Shown piece after piece: positions 21,719 through 31,524 of a stretch of 64,000 bases of DNA. Position 1 is the stretch's first letter. Each line of letters begins with the position of its first letter. The notes beneath the pieces were generated by a model. It ran no database searches, had not been told where the DNA came from, and saw only the letters and a program-made list of their open reading frames with translations. The stretch is from an uncultured delta proteobacterium (GTDB taxonomy: Bacteria; Myxococcota_A; Polyangia; Polyangiales; B10-G4). Location: assembly GCA_963727445.1 (NCBI GenBank), contig CAVSGI010000021.1, positions 352,001 through 416,000 of the forward strand, written 5' to 3'. A program made the position numbers and the translations under genes.

Positions 21719-21805
21719 CCACTACCTCCGCGCAGAAAGCCTACGATTATAGGGGCCTACACGCCAGCCGACTGTCATCTTCGCCTGTGGGCGGACAATT
21801 CCCCC

Positions 21806-22555
21806 CTACCTCGACCGCTCGTCGACCTCGATCGTGTCCCGGCTCACCTGGGTGCGGATGCCCAGGACGAGGGTCTCCTCACCCAGTCGGATGGTGTCCC
21901 CGAGCTCCAAGGGGTGGGGTGTGGTGAGGCGAACGTCGTTGACGTGGGTGCCGTTGTGACTGCCGAGGTCCTCGATTGTCGCCTGCGCGCCCTGCACGTC
22001 GATGGCGGCGTGCTGGCGGGAGACCGAACGATGATTCAGGACGAAACGGCAGCTCGTATCCCGGCCGATGAGCTGACGGCCCTCCACCAGCGGCATGGCG
22101 AAGCGGTCCGAGCGCAGCACGAGGACCGGCCGCTCCTCGAGGGCCGGAGGCGGGTGGGAGGTCTTGGGGCGGCGCTTGGCGAGCGCCCTCGAGATCGCGG
22201 TCGCGAGCCCGAGCTCGAGCTTGTCGCGGCCCACCCCGCCGTCCGCGCCGACCCGCGCCGCCAGGGAGGCGGCCTCCGGGCTCGACCGTTCGGAGACCAG
22301 GATGATGGCGACGTGGTCGAGGCGGTCGTTGCGCCGCACCAGCTCGGCGAAGCGGTCGCCGCTCATGACGTCGAAGTCGATGTCGACCACCACCACGTCG
22401 ATCCGTGACCGGACGATCTCCACCGTGGCCCCGATCGGAGAGTCTCGTGTAAAGACCGTCCAGCCCTGGCGGGAGAGCGCTTCGGACGCGCGCTCGCGCC
22501 CGTCCTTCCGCTCGAGGATGAGCAGGATGCGCTCTGCGCTTTCCCCAGGCCCCAC
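21806..22555 (-). CDS. Receiver-like domain plus FHA domain protein
   Basis: VVVVDID and IILVS (REC-like); IGRD...SVSRQHA...DLGSHNGTHVN (FHA); start approximate. Confidence 0.8.
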   Translation of the reverse strand: MGPGESAERILLILERKDGRERASEALSRQGWTVFTRDSPIGATVEIVRSRIDVVVVDIDFDVMSGDRFAELVRRNDRLDHVAIILVSERSSPEAASLAARVGADGGVGRDKLELGLATAISRALAKRRPKTSHPPPALEERPVLVLRSDRFAMPLVEGRQLIGRDTSCRFVLNHRSVSRQHAAIDVQGAQATIEDLGSHNGTHVNDVRLTTPHPLELGDTIRLGEETLVLGIRTQVSRDTIEVDERSR

Positions 22556-22566
22556 GAGGGGGACTT

Positions 22567-22729
22567 TAGTGCCTGGTCCAATGAGGTGGAAGGGGAGATC
22601 GCGACGGGCGTCGGTCGCGTCGCAAGGAGGGAAACCGAAGGACGTGCAGCGCACATTCGAGGTCTCCCGACGCCGCGAGGCGGCCGACGAACGAGCGAGA
22701 ACCCTTCTACGTCATTGGACCAGGCACTA
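22567..22729. mobile_element. Complete MITE of about 163 bp with 28-bp terminal inverted repeats
   Basis: Left TAGTGCCTGGTCCAATGAGGTGGAAGGG; right reverse complement TAGTGCCTGGTCCAATGACGTAGAAGGG (26/28 match); TA at both ends. Confidence 0.85.
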
Positions 22730-22785
22730 GCTCAAAAGCGTGGGGGGGCACAGGGAAACGGAGGGGCGCGGCCTCGCCGGAATTC

Positions 22786-23454
22786 TCAGTCGCGTCGGCG
22801 CCGCCGTCGGCCGCCGCCACCACCACCGCCGCCGGCGGGGATGATGCGGATGCGACGACCCAGACCTTCCCCGTCGCTCTTGGTCGTGACGCCGGGGAAC
22901 TTGGCGAGAGACAGATGGATGACCCGCCGGTCGCGCGCGCTCATCGGCTCGAGGGTGATGACCTTGCCCTGCTGCACGGCGCGCTTCGCCTGCCGCTTGG
23001 CCATGGAGATCAAGCCGTTGTCGTGTCGCTCGCGGTAGTCGCCGCTGTCCACGATCACGTGACGGCGACCGCGCGGAAAGCGATTGACGATCTTGTTCAC
23101 CAGGAACTGGAGCGCGTCGAGGGTCTGCCCCTTTCGCCCGATGGCGCGGCCGGCGTCGGGCCCCGCCACGTCGAGGACGATCCGTTCGCCGTCCTCGCGG
23201 ATGTCCACGCTGGTGTCGAGATCCATGCGGTAGAGCAGGCCGTCGAGGACGTCTTGAGCCTCCTCGGCCTTCCCGTCGCCGGGCTCTCCCCGCGACTCGT
23301 CACGGTCGTCGTCGTCGTCGTAGTCGCAATCGTCGAGGTCGTCACCGCCGACCAACAGGGCGCCGTCCATCAACGGCTCTTCGTCTCTCTCAGGCACGTC
23401 GGATTCTCCAACAGGTAATCGCATTCGCCGACCTGGGGTCGGCGAAGGCTTCAT
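22786..23454 (-). CDS. jag: Jag/KhpB (KH and R3H) RNA-binding protein
   Basis: IGRKGQTLDALQFL, PMSARDRRVIH, SDGEG; ATGA overlap with yidC. Confidence 0.9.
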   Translation of the reverse strand: MKPSPTPGRRMRLPVGESDVPERDEEPLMDGALLVGGDDLDDCDYDDDDDRDESRGEPGDGKAEEAQDVLDGLLYRMDLDTSVDIREDGERIVLDVAGPDAGRAIGRKGQTLDALQFLVNKIVNRFPRGRRHVIVDSGDYRERHDNGLISMAKRQAKRAVQQGKVITLEPMSARDRRVIHLSLAKFPGVTTKSDGEGLGRRIRIIPAGGGGGGGGRRRRRRD

Positions 23455-25304
23455 GCGGAACGCTTCCGCTTCTTCCTCTTTTTCCTCTTCTTGTCGAGAG
23501 AGGTACGGCTCACGACGCTCGAGCTCTTGTCGTCGTCTTCGTCGTCTTCGTCGGCCTGCTTCTCGGATTCGGCCTCGGCTTCCTCCTCGGCCGCCTTGGC
23601 CCGGGCCTCCGCTTCCTTCCGCTGGAGGTTCCGATGAATGTACACCTGCTGCCCCATGCCGAGAACGCTGTTCGTGACCATGTAGAGGCAGAGGCCGGCG
23701 GGCAAAAAGAGCAGGAACGAGGTGATCATGATGGGCATCACCCACATCATGATCTTCGCCTGGGTCGCGTCGGTCGCCGCCGGGGTCAGGCGCTGCTGGA
23801 AGTGCATCAGCACGCCGACGGTGACGGGCAGGATGAAGTAGGGATCCGGCGCCGAGAGGTCCGTGTACCAGCCCAGGAAAGACGCGTGGTAGAGCTCGAC
23901 GTTGGTCGAGAGCGACGCGTAGAAGGCGAACCAGACCGGCATCTGCAACAGGGACGGCAGACATCCGCCGAAGGGGCTCACACCGCGTTTGCGGTAGAGC
24001 TCCATCATCGCAGCGCCCTTCTGCTGCGGATCGTCCTTGTACATCTCGTTGAGCTTGTCGATCTCGGGCTTGATCATCCGCATCTGCCCCATCGACTGGA
24101 AGCTCTTCCAGGTGAGCGGGAGCAGGAGGATGCGCACCATGAACGTCATCATGATGATCGCGAGACCCCAGTTGCCGGCGATGCTGTAGATGAAACGAAG
24201 CAGCGCGATGAAGTACTTGGCGACGTAGGAGAACCAGCCGAGGTCCACCACGTCCGTGAGGTCGTGGCCCGCGGCGGCGAGGGCGTCGTTGTCCTTCGGC
24301 CCGATGTAGGCGAGGGTGCGGACCGTGTAGGTCTCGCCGGGGGCGATCTCGACGCGCGGATAGATCAGCTCCGCCTCGAAGAGACTGCCGTTGGGATCGT
24401 CCTCGGTGCCCCCGCGGTTGCTGGCTTCGATGCGACAGCGGGACGCCATCTCGCCGTCCGCCGCGAGCACCGTCGCGAAGTAGGTGTTTTCGGCACCGGC
24501 GAACTCCACCCCGCCACCGAAGCCGTGGCCGCCGGGCTGGTCGTAGCGCGACATGCCCTTCTCGCGGTCGAGGCGCGTCAGCTCTCCGTCGCCCCACGCG
24601 CAGATGCCGTGGCTCTTGAAGGGTGAGCGGCTCGCGAAGGACAGGATGCCGCCGATCTCTTCCTGCGCACGGGTGACGTAGTGATAGGTGCCGAGGTTGA
24701 CGCGCACGGGCCTCGGACCCGCGCTCTCGTTTTCGATCTGGATGGTCGACCAGATCTCGTAGGGGCCCTCGCCCGCTTCGAGGCTGCGCCGCACGCGGAA
24801 CCCTCGACCGTGCCAGGTCAGCAGCACCTTCGTCGGCGACACCTGCTCGGCGTGATAGACGGCGTCCGGCGGCATGTGCACCCCCCCGAGCACGGCTCGG
24901 AGCGGATAGAACTGCTCCTTGTCGGTGGTCACCATCTCCTGGTGCGAGCCGTCCTTCTCCGCGTAGCGCGGCAAGAGGAGCTGCATGCTGGTGAGCCCGC
25001 CGTTGAGGTTGCTGACCTCGGCGCGGAACTCCTCGGTGGTGATCGAGTAGAGGCGCTCCTGCGCGGCGCGCTCGGCGGGGTCGACGTGCTGCGCCGGGCC
25101 TTCGCCTTCGGCTTCGCCGTCCCCTTCGTCCGCGGTCGCGCTCTCGCCTTCGCTTTCGGTTTCGGTCGCGGCGTCGCCCTCGCCCTGCTCGAGCTGTGCG
25201 GCCTCGTCCGCGTTCGGCGCGAGGTACATGCTGTAGGCGAGGTAGCCGGCCCCGAAGACCAGCGACACCACCAGCATGGTGGTCAGCGACCGCCGATCAT
25301 CCAT
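23451..25304 (-). CDS. yidC: Membrane protein insertase YidC
   Basis: GNWGLAII, GGCLP, QMPVWFAFY, DLSAPDPYFILP, PAGLCLY. Confidence 0.96.
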   Translation of the reverse strand: MDDRRSLTTMLVVSLVFGAGYLAYSMYLAPNADEAAQLEQGEGDAATETESEGESATADEGDGEAEGEGPAQHVDPAERAAQERLYSITTEEFRAEVSNLNGGLTSMQLLLPRYAEKDGSHQEMVTTDKEQFYPLRAVLGGVHMPPDAVYHAEQVSPTKVLLTWHGRGFRVRRSLEAGEGPYEIWSTIQIENESAGPRPVRVNLGTYHYVTRAQEEIGGILSFASRSPFKSHGICAWGDGELTRLDREKGMSRYDQPGGHGFGGGVEFAGAENTYFATVLAADGEMASRCRIEASNRGGTEDDPNGSLFEAELIYPRVEIAPGETYTVRTLAYIGPKDNDALAAAGHDLTDVVDLGWFSYVAKYFIALLRFIYSIAGNWGLAIIMMTFMVRILLLPLTWKSFQSMGQMRMIKPEIDKLNEMYKDDPQQKGAAMMELYRKRGVSPFGGCLPSLLQMPVWFAFYASLSTNVELYHASFLGWYTDLSAPDPYFILPVTVGVLMHFQQRLTPAATDATQAKIMMWVMPIMITSFLLFLPAGLCLYMVTNSVLGMGQQVYIHRNLQRKEAEARAKAAEEEAEAESEKQADEDDEDDDKSSSVVSRTSLDKKRKKRKKRKRSA

Positions 25305-25542
25305 CGACTTCTCCGGTCTCCAACGCCGGCGGCGGGTCGTAACCCCCGGGGTTGAAGGGATGACACCGGCAGATGCGCTTGCAGCCGAGCCAGCCGCCCT
25401 TCAGGGGGCCGAAGCGCTCGATGCAGGCAGCCGTGTAGCGGGAACAGGAAGGCTCGAAGCGGCAGACGTTGCCGATGAGGGGGGAGAGCGTCCACCAGTA
25501 GATGCGGATCGCTCCGAGCATCAGCCAGCGGATCAGGCCCAT
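25297..25542 (-). CDS. yidD: Membrane protein insertion efficiency factor YidD
   Basis: CRFEPSCSRY...RCHPFNPGGYDP. Confidence 0.96.
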   Translation of the reverse strand: MGLIRWLMLGAIRIYWWTLSPLIGNVCRFEPSCSRYTAACIERFGPLKGGWLGCKRICRCHPFNPGGYDPPPALETGEVDG

Positions 25543-25928
25543 CAGCGCGCCTCCATCTTGCGCATGGCGCGGCTCGCCGTCCGCACCTCGTCCAGGACCT
25601 CGTGGTACCCGAGCTCGGGTGCACCCTTGCGCGCGATGAAGACGATGTCGCAGCCGGACGGAAAGAGGTCCCGGTTCCGGCGGAACACCTCTCGGACGAC
25701 TCGTTTGACGCGGTTTCGCTTCACGGCGGAGGAGCTCACCTTCCGGGTCACGGTGATCCCCAGGCGTGAGCGTGTAGAGGCTGTAAGGTCGGGTCGCGGG
25801 AGAACGACGAGAAGAAAGTGCGGAGTGTGGACTTTGCGCCCGCTACCCTGAGCTCGCCGGAACTCCCATGTCTTCCGCAGACGATCGTCGGGCGTGAAGC
25901 GCAGCCGAGCTGTCCCCGGCTCGGCCAT
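25542..25928 (-). CDS. rnpA: RNase P protein component
   Basis: RLGITVTRKV, AVKRNRVKRVVRE. Confidence 0.95.
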   Translation of the reverse strand: MAEPGTARLRFTPDDRLRKTWEFRRAQGSGRKVHTPHFLLVVLPRPDLTASTRSRLGITVTRKVSSSAVKRNRVKRVVREVFRRNRDLFPSGCDIVFIARKGAPELGYHEVLDEVRTASRAMRKMEAR

Positions 25929-25936
25929 GGGGGCTC

Positions 25937-26086
25937 TTACTTCTTGTAGGTGGAGACGGCGAGGCGCTTCCGGCCCTTACGACGGCGCGCGGCGAGGACC
26001 TTGCGGCCGTTCTTCGTCGCCATCCGGGCGCGGAATCCGTGGGTCCGAAGACGCCTCGTCCGATGGGGCTGATATGTGCGCTTCAC
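25937..26086 (-). CDS. rpmH: 50S ribosomal protein L34
   Basis: (M)KRTYQP...[24 protein letters not shown]. Confidence 0.97.
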   Translation of the reverse strand: MKRTYQPHRTRRLRTHGFRARMATKNGRKVLAARRRKGRKRLAVSTYKK

Positions 26087-26218
26087 AGCGAAATCCTCCT
26101 CGAAAGGGCGGGGAATCAAGCACGCGACCCCACCCCTGTCAACGCCACTTCTGCTCCCCGTTGCTTTCCACGTCGAGGTGAGCGCTATTCTTGATGAATT
26201 ACGCGATGATAGCGCGCC

Positions 26219-26898
26219 CTACTCGGTCCGCGGGAGCGAGGCAGAGGGCAGCAGGCCCGCGTCGAGAAAGCTGAAGTGCTCCGGATCCCCAAGATCACGT
26301 GGTCGACCACGCGGATCCCGAGCAGGGCCCCCGCGGCGGCCAGGCGCTCGGTCAGGGCCAGATCGTCGGGGCTGGGGCCCGGCTCCCCGCTGGGGTGATT
26401 GTGGACGAAGATCACCCCCGACGCGGCGTGACGGAGCAGGAGTCGAAAGACGTCGGCGGGCGCGACGGGACACGCCGACAGACCGCCGACCGCGATGGTC
26501 AGCTCGGCGACGGGGCGGTTCTTGGCGTCGAGGGGGATCGCCAGGAAGTGCTCCCGCTCCGCGCGCGCGTAGCGAGGGCCGAGCGCCCGAACCACGTCGC
26601 GGCTGGACGTGATCGCGCGGCCCCGCGACAGCGGCGCCGCCGCCAGACGTCGGCCCAGCTCGATGGCCGCGACAATCCGCGCGGCCTTCCCCACGCCGAC
26701 GCCGTCGATGGTGATGAGCTGACCGATCCCCGCGCGTCCGAGGCAGCCCAGCCCGCCCGTCTCTTCGAGTACCCGCGCAGCGAAGGAGCCGAGGCCTTCC
26801 TTCCCGTGACCGGTGCCGAAGAGCAGTGCCAGAAGCTCGGCGTCGCTGAGCGCCGAAGCGCCGACGCGGCCGAGACGCTCGCGGGGACCATCCTGCAT
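26219..26898 (-). CDS. radC: RadC (JAB domain) protein, frameshift near 26290
   Basis: GPRERL...LSDAELLALL, HNHPSG...PSPDD, VDHVI; tail FSFLDAGLL in adjacent frame. Confidence 0.9.
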
Positions 26899-27100
26899 GC
26901 TCGTCGCCGGATGCAGGGCTCGGGCCAGAATCTTGGCCGCGAAATCACAGTGGACGCGCGCGCCCGCGGGTGGCGGCCGCCGGCGGTTCGCCGGCAATCG
27001 CCACCGCTGCTGGAACCACGCCATGCCCTCCGTTGTCGAGAGCGGTGCGCCTTGACCCGATGCGCCGGTTGAGGCCAAGTGTCCGCGGACGCGAGCCGAA

Positions 27101-28360
27101 GTGAGCACGAGGGCCAAGAACAAAGTCGTTTTCGTCGCGATGTGGGGTGGCGCCATCGCCGCCGCCCTCATGATCTGGTTGGCCCAGCCGCACAAGGAGG
27201 CGGCGACCGACGCAGACGACAACGACCAGGACGTGCGCCGACCCGAAGGCGACACGGCGCCGGCGGAGAGTCGCATCGGCCTGCCGGTGAGCACGCCACC
27301 CGAGGGGCCGCCCACCACCTTCCGCAACAATCGCCGCCACACCGGGCGCAGCCCCTATCGCGGGCCCTCCTCGGCCGAGCTCTCCTGGGCCTTCGAGACC
27401 GCGGGCCGCGTGAACGGCCAGGCGGTGGTCTCGCCCGACGGCACGATCTACTTCGGCTCCCACGACCATCACCTCTACGCGCTCAGCCCCGTAGGGACCG
27501 AGCGCTGGAAGCGCGACCTGGGCGACGCGATCTACGCCACGCCGCTGGTCGATGCCGACGGCAACGTCTACTGCGGCTCCGACGCCGACGTGATGGCGTC
27601 CTTCACGGCGTCGGGCGAGCAGCGCTTCCGCCTCCGCGTCGAGGGCGACGCCGACACGGGCGTCGTTCAGGCGCCTGACGGGACCATCCACTTCGTCGCG
27701 GGCCGCCACCTCTACGCCATCGACTCCGAGGGGAACGTGAAGTGGCGCTTCGAGGCGCGCGAGAAGATCTTCAGCACGCCCGCCATCGACGAGGACGGCA
27801 CGGTCTACTTCGGATCACAGGACGACGAGCTCTACGCCCTCGCCGCCGACGGCCGGATGCGGTGGTCGTATCACACCGGCGGGGACAACGACGCCAGCCC
27901 GGTGATCGGAGACGACGGCAAGATCTACTTCGGCTCCGACGACCACCGCGTCTACGCGCTCGACCGCGACGGCGACCTGGTCTGGTCGACCGATCTCGAG
28001 GGCTACGTTCGGGGGCCTCTGGCGCTCGGCGCCGGCGGCGTCGTGCTGGCGGTCACCTATGGGCCGCGCCCGCGCCTGGTCAATCTGGACGGGGGCGACG
28101 GGCGCCTCTCCTGGTTCTTCCCGGTGACGGTCACCGACTCCACCGAGGTGGGCGTTCACTCGGGCGCACTCGTCGACCGCGACGGCGACATCTACTTCGG
28201 CGCCCACGACGACTACCTCTACGCGATCACCGGCACCGGGGAGATGCGCTGGATCTTCGAGGCGCACGGCGACGTGGACGGGCCGCCCATCCTCACCCCG
28301 GACGGTACGCTGATCTTCGGGGCAGACGACGGGATGCTCTACGCGCTGCGGACCCCCTGA
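27101..28360 (+). CDS. PQQ-like beta-propeller repeat protein, membrane-anchored
   Basis: About eight DGTIYFGSxDxxLYAL...W repeats; N-terminal TM. Confidence 0.88.
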   Translation: MSTRAKNKVVFVAMWGGAIAAALMIWLAQPHKEAATDADDNDQDVRRPEGDTAPAESRIGLPVSTPPEGPPTTFRNNRRHTGRSPYRGPSSAELSWAFETAGRVNGQAVVSPDGTIYFGSHDHHLYALSPVGTERWKRDLGDAIYATPLVDADGNVYCGSDADVMASFTASGEQRFRLRVEGDADTGVVQAPDGTIHFVAGRHLYAIDSEGNVKWRFEAREKIFSTPAIDEDGTVYFGSQDDELYALAADGRMRWSYHTGGDNDASPVIGDDGKIYFGSDDHRVYALDRDGDLVWSTDLEGYVRGPLALGAGGVVLAVTYGPRPRLVNLDGGDGRLSWFFPVTVTDSTEVGVHSGALVDRDGDIYFGAHDDYLYAITGTGEMRWIFEAHGDVDGPPILTPDGTLIFGADDGMLYALRTP

Positions 28361-28363
28361 GAC

Positions 28364-28729
28364 TCAGCCCACGCCCGCGATGTGGAGCACCCACTCGGTC
28401 ACGCCGCTGACCACGCTCATGATGAGCGCGGCCACCACGGCCGTTCCGAAGGAGCGCACCGTGAGCTTGCTCGAGAGCGCGTCCGTGACCTTGAGGAGGA
28501 TGGCGGTGACCACGACGCGGGTCACGAACGCGAAGAGGAACCCCAGGCCGAAGCTGGCGAATCCGATCACCAGAAAGAGCAGCCAACCGACGAGGACGTT
28601 GAGCAGCCCAAAGATGCCGGCGGTGAGGAGGTGGCCCAGAAAGCCACCTTCGATCTTCATGCCGTCGAGAAGCTCGGAAGCGGCCCAGAGAGAGAGCGTG
28701 ACGACGCCCCAGGCGACGAGAATGGACAT
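28364..28729 (-). CDS. Four-TM phage-holin-family (YvlD-like) membrane protein
   Basis: Four hydrophobic segments; GIFGLLNVLV; VRSFGTAVVAALI. Confidence 0.75.
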   Translation of the reverse strand: MSILVAWGVVTLSLWAASELLDGMKIEGGFLGHLLTAGIFGLLNVLVGWLLFLVIGFASFGLGFLFAFVTRVVVTAILLKVTDALSSKLTVRSFGTAVVAALIMSVVSGVTEWVLHIAGVG

Positions 28730-28785
28730 ACCCCACACATAGTTCCTCGCGGCGGGGACGCAACGCCACCGTTTTTGGGGGGCGC

Positions 28786-30432
28786 CTACTTCTTGTTGTT
28801 GCCGCCGCCGAAGAGCTTCGACAGGAACCCGCCGTCGTCCTTCTTCTTGCGCATGTTGGCCAGGCGCACCTCGCGCATCGCCTCGGTGTGGCGCGGGTTG
28901 ATGTTGATCACCCGGCGGAAGCACCTCAGCGCCTGCTTGTCGTCGCCCATGCGCTTGAGGACCATGCCCCGGTAGTAGTGCGCCTTCTCGTGGTTCTCGT
29001 TTCGCTCGATCGCGCCGTCGAGCAGCGTCATCTGCTCGTCGAAGGGCGGCTTGCCGCGCGAAAGCTGAAAGAGGCACCACGCCTTCATCGCCATCGAGTC
29101 GGGGTCCTCGGGGTTGAGCTCGGCGGCCTCTTCGGCGAGGTCGAGGGCGCCCTGCCAGTCGTGGCGCTTGAGGAAGACCTCCGCGCGCTGCATCGCCATG
29201 GCGCTCTCGACGATGGCGTTCACCTGCCGCGCCGACTCCGGCGTGCCGCCTCCGGCCTCGACGCTGCGGATGTAGTCCCTGCGCTTCCCCTCGTCGGTGA
29301 GCGTGTCCTTGGCCTTGGTCAGGTGATAGAAGATGACGTCCGCGAACTCGCGCAGGGGCATCAGCTCGGGCGGCAGGCGGTCGGGATGCCATATCTTCGC
29401 CTTCTCGAAGTACGCATCGCGGACGGCCTGACCCTTGTCGTTCTTCGAGATCTCGAGCATCTCGAAGTAGTTCATGGTGTCGACCGCGACGACGAAGTCG
29501 GCGACCTCCTTCCAGCGCCCCTTGAGCTCGTCGGCGAGCTCCGGGGGGACGGGCGGCGGCGCGCCAAGATGCTCGCCGCTCTGACCCGGCCGCGAAGAGA
29601 TGCGGCGCGGGCGGTCGGACCCGACGCCCGGTCGGGACGACATGCGGTGCGGACGATCGGAGTGACGCGGACCGGGCCGCGAAGAGAAACGCCCGGGTGG
29701 GTTGCTCGCGCGCATCGACGGGCTCGAGCTGTGACGCACCCGAGCCGCTTCGTCGGGACCGGTGATGGCGCGGTGACGTCCGGTGGTGGCGCCGGGTGAA
29801 CGATGCTGCCCCGTGACCTCGCGGTCGGTGTCGTCACTGGGGGTGAAGGGCTCGATGCAGCGGGTGATCGTCAGCAGGTAGAGCAGACGTCGCGCGATGC
29901 GCTCGTTGCCGGAGGTCTGAATGAGGTCGGCGGCGTCCGTGGGCTCGGCGCGGATCAGCTCGACGAACTGCTTCTCCTTGTCGCCGAGGCCGAGGGCGCC
30001 GAGGTTGGCCCCGGTGCGGATGCGCAGCTTGAGCTGACCGAGACGCCGGAGCACGGCATCGATGGCGTCGTCCCGGGCCGCCCCGCGAAGGGAGGCGGTG
30101 ATCAGCTCGAGAGGCTCGACGTTGGATGTGAGGACGCCGTCGCCGGCACCGACCAGGTCGACCTCGTAGAAGGCGTAGGGGGCGTTGACCCGGGTGAAGA
30201 GAGGCAGCATCGAGCGCTCGAGGCTCGAGCCGCGCTGGACGAAGCGTCCCGCCACCGGCTTGCCTTCGGTGAACCGAACACGGTCCTGACCGCGCGTCGC
30301 GGTGCCTTCCTCTGGCCAGATCACCAGCGTCCCGTTCATGCGTTGTTGCAGAACGTAGAGCAGCAGGTGCGCGAACGGCCGGGAGGCGAGGGTCCCCTCG
30401 GCGATCGGATCTGGAAGCTCGGCGGCCCCCAT
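28786..30432 (-). CDS. DUF4388-like domain + J-domain + TPR protein
   Basis: GTLASRPFAHLL start; NYFEMLEI...WHPDRL J-domain; C-terminal TPRs. Confidence 0.8.
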   Translation of the reverse strand: MGAAELPDPIAEGTLASRPFAHLLLYVLQQRMNGTLVIWPEEGTATRGQDRVRFTEGKPVAGRFVQRGSSLERSMLPLFTRVNAPYAFYEVDLVGAGDGVLTSNVEPLELITASLRGAARDDAIDAVLRRLGQLKLRIRTGANLGALGLGDKEKQFVELIRAEPTDAADLIQTSGNERIARRLLYLLTITRCIEPFTPSDDTDREVTGQHRSPGATTGRHRAITGPDEAARVRHSSSPSMRASNPPGRFSSRPGPRHSDRPHRMSSRPGVGSDRPRRISSRPGQSGEHLGAPPPVPPELADELKGRWKEVADFVVAVDTMNYFEMLEISKNDKGQAVRDAYFEKAKIWHPDRLPPELMPLREFADVIFYHLTKAKDTLTDEGKRRDYIRSVEAGGGTPESARQVNAIVESAMAMQRAEVFLKRHDWQGALDLAEEAAELNPEDPDSMAMKAWCLFQLSRGKPPFDEQMTLLDGAIERNENHEKAHYYRGMVLKRMGDDKQALRCFRRVININPRHTEAMREVRLANMRKKKDDGGFLSKLFGGGNNKK

Positions 30433-30558
30433 AGGGTCGGACGATGGTCTCACGACTCCCGGCGCCCGCCAAACGCTTCCTCCTGCTGGGAGCGGCTCCC
30501 ATCCGCGCCTGGGGAACCGAATTTGGCGGCTGCCCCCAATCCGGAGTACCCATGACCG

Positions 30559-31518
30559 GTGTCGCGCTCGGGAATCGGGGTGGTCATCAACCCCCTGTCG
30601 CGGAAGCACCGCGATGGCCCGAAGCGGGGGAAGCGACTGCGGCAAGTGCTCGACGGGGCCGGGGTGGTGGCCGAGGCCGGGACCCCCGAGCAGCTCCGCC
30701 GGGTGGCCGAGGACTTCCATCGCGCGAAGATCGACGTCCTCGCCTTGAGCGGGGGTGATGGCACCACCGGCTTCGTTCTCACGGAATTCGAAAGGGTCTA
30801 CGCCGAGGAGCCCCTGCCCAAGGTGGCCCTCCTCCGCGGCGGAACGATGAACACAATCGCCAACGGCATCGGTGTGCCTCGCGCCAAGCCCGAGAAGCTC
30901 CTCCGCGACCTGGTGCGCCGCCACAGCCGAGGCGAGGCCCTGGACTCCCGCCGCGGAGTCGCCCTGCGCACCGTGGCGGAGGACGGCATGGGCCGCTTGG
31001 GTTTCCTCTTCGGGATGGGACTGGGCTACGGCTTCCTCGAGGAGTACTACCGGCGCGGCGATCCGCACCCCACCCCTGCCGACGCTGCCAAGACCCTGGC
31101 CCACCTCTCGGCCAGCATCGTCTCGCGTGGCGAGACGGCGAAGCGGGTCGCGACCCCGGTCCCGGTGCGCATCACCGGCGATGGCCGCACCTGGGAAGAC
31201 CGCACCTACCTGACGGTGCTCGCCGGCACGGTGCCCGAGATCGGTCTCGGCTTTCGCCCCTTCTTCATGATGGAGGAAGGGGTCGAGGCCTTTCACCTCG
31301 TCGGCGTGCACGGGGCGCCGCCGCTGGTGGTCGCGCGACTGCCGAAGACACGCGCGGGCAAACCCATGGGGGACGACTGCGCCGAAGACGCGCTCCTCTC
31401 TCGCGCCACCTTCGAGTGTCCCGAGGGCACCGTGCGTTACTTCCTCGACGGCGACCTTCACCAGGCCGAGGGCTGCCTCGCGGTCGAGGTGGGCCCGAGA
31501 ATCCGTTTCGTGCAGTGA
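30559..31518 (+). CDS. Diacylglycerol/lipid kinase family protein
   Basis: VINPLS, SGGDGT, GGTMNTIA, LDGD. Confidence 0.88.
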   Translation: MSRSGIGVVINPLSRKHRDGPKRGKRLRQVLDGAGVVAEAGTPEQLRRVAEDFHRAKIDVLALSGGDGTTGFVLTEFERVYAEEPLPKVALLRGGTMNTIANGIGVPRAKPEKLLRDLVRRHSRGEALDSRRGVALRTVAEDGMGRLGFLFGMGLGYGFLEEYYRRGDPHPTPADAAKTLAHLSASIVSRGETAKRVATPVPVRITGDGRTWEDRTYLTVLAGTVPEIGLGFRPFFMMEEGVEAFHLVGVHGAPPLVVARLPKTRAGKPMGDDCAEDALLSRATFECPEGTVRYFLDGDLHQAEGCLAVEVGPRIRFVQ

Positions 31519-31524
31519 GACGCG

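Noticed and set aside
26087..26218. oriC upstream of rpmH
   Set aside because: No DnaA-box cluster, no clear AT-rich unwinding element, no dnaA.
26219..28729. Prophage or island suggested by radC and a holin-family gene
   Set aside because: Full-length chromosomal RadC and YvlD-like proteins are common host genes; no phage structural or integrase genes.
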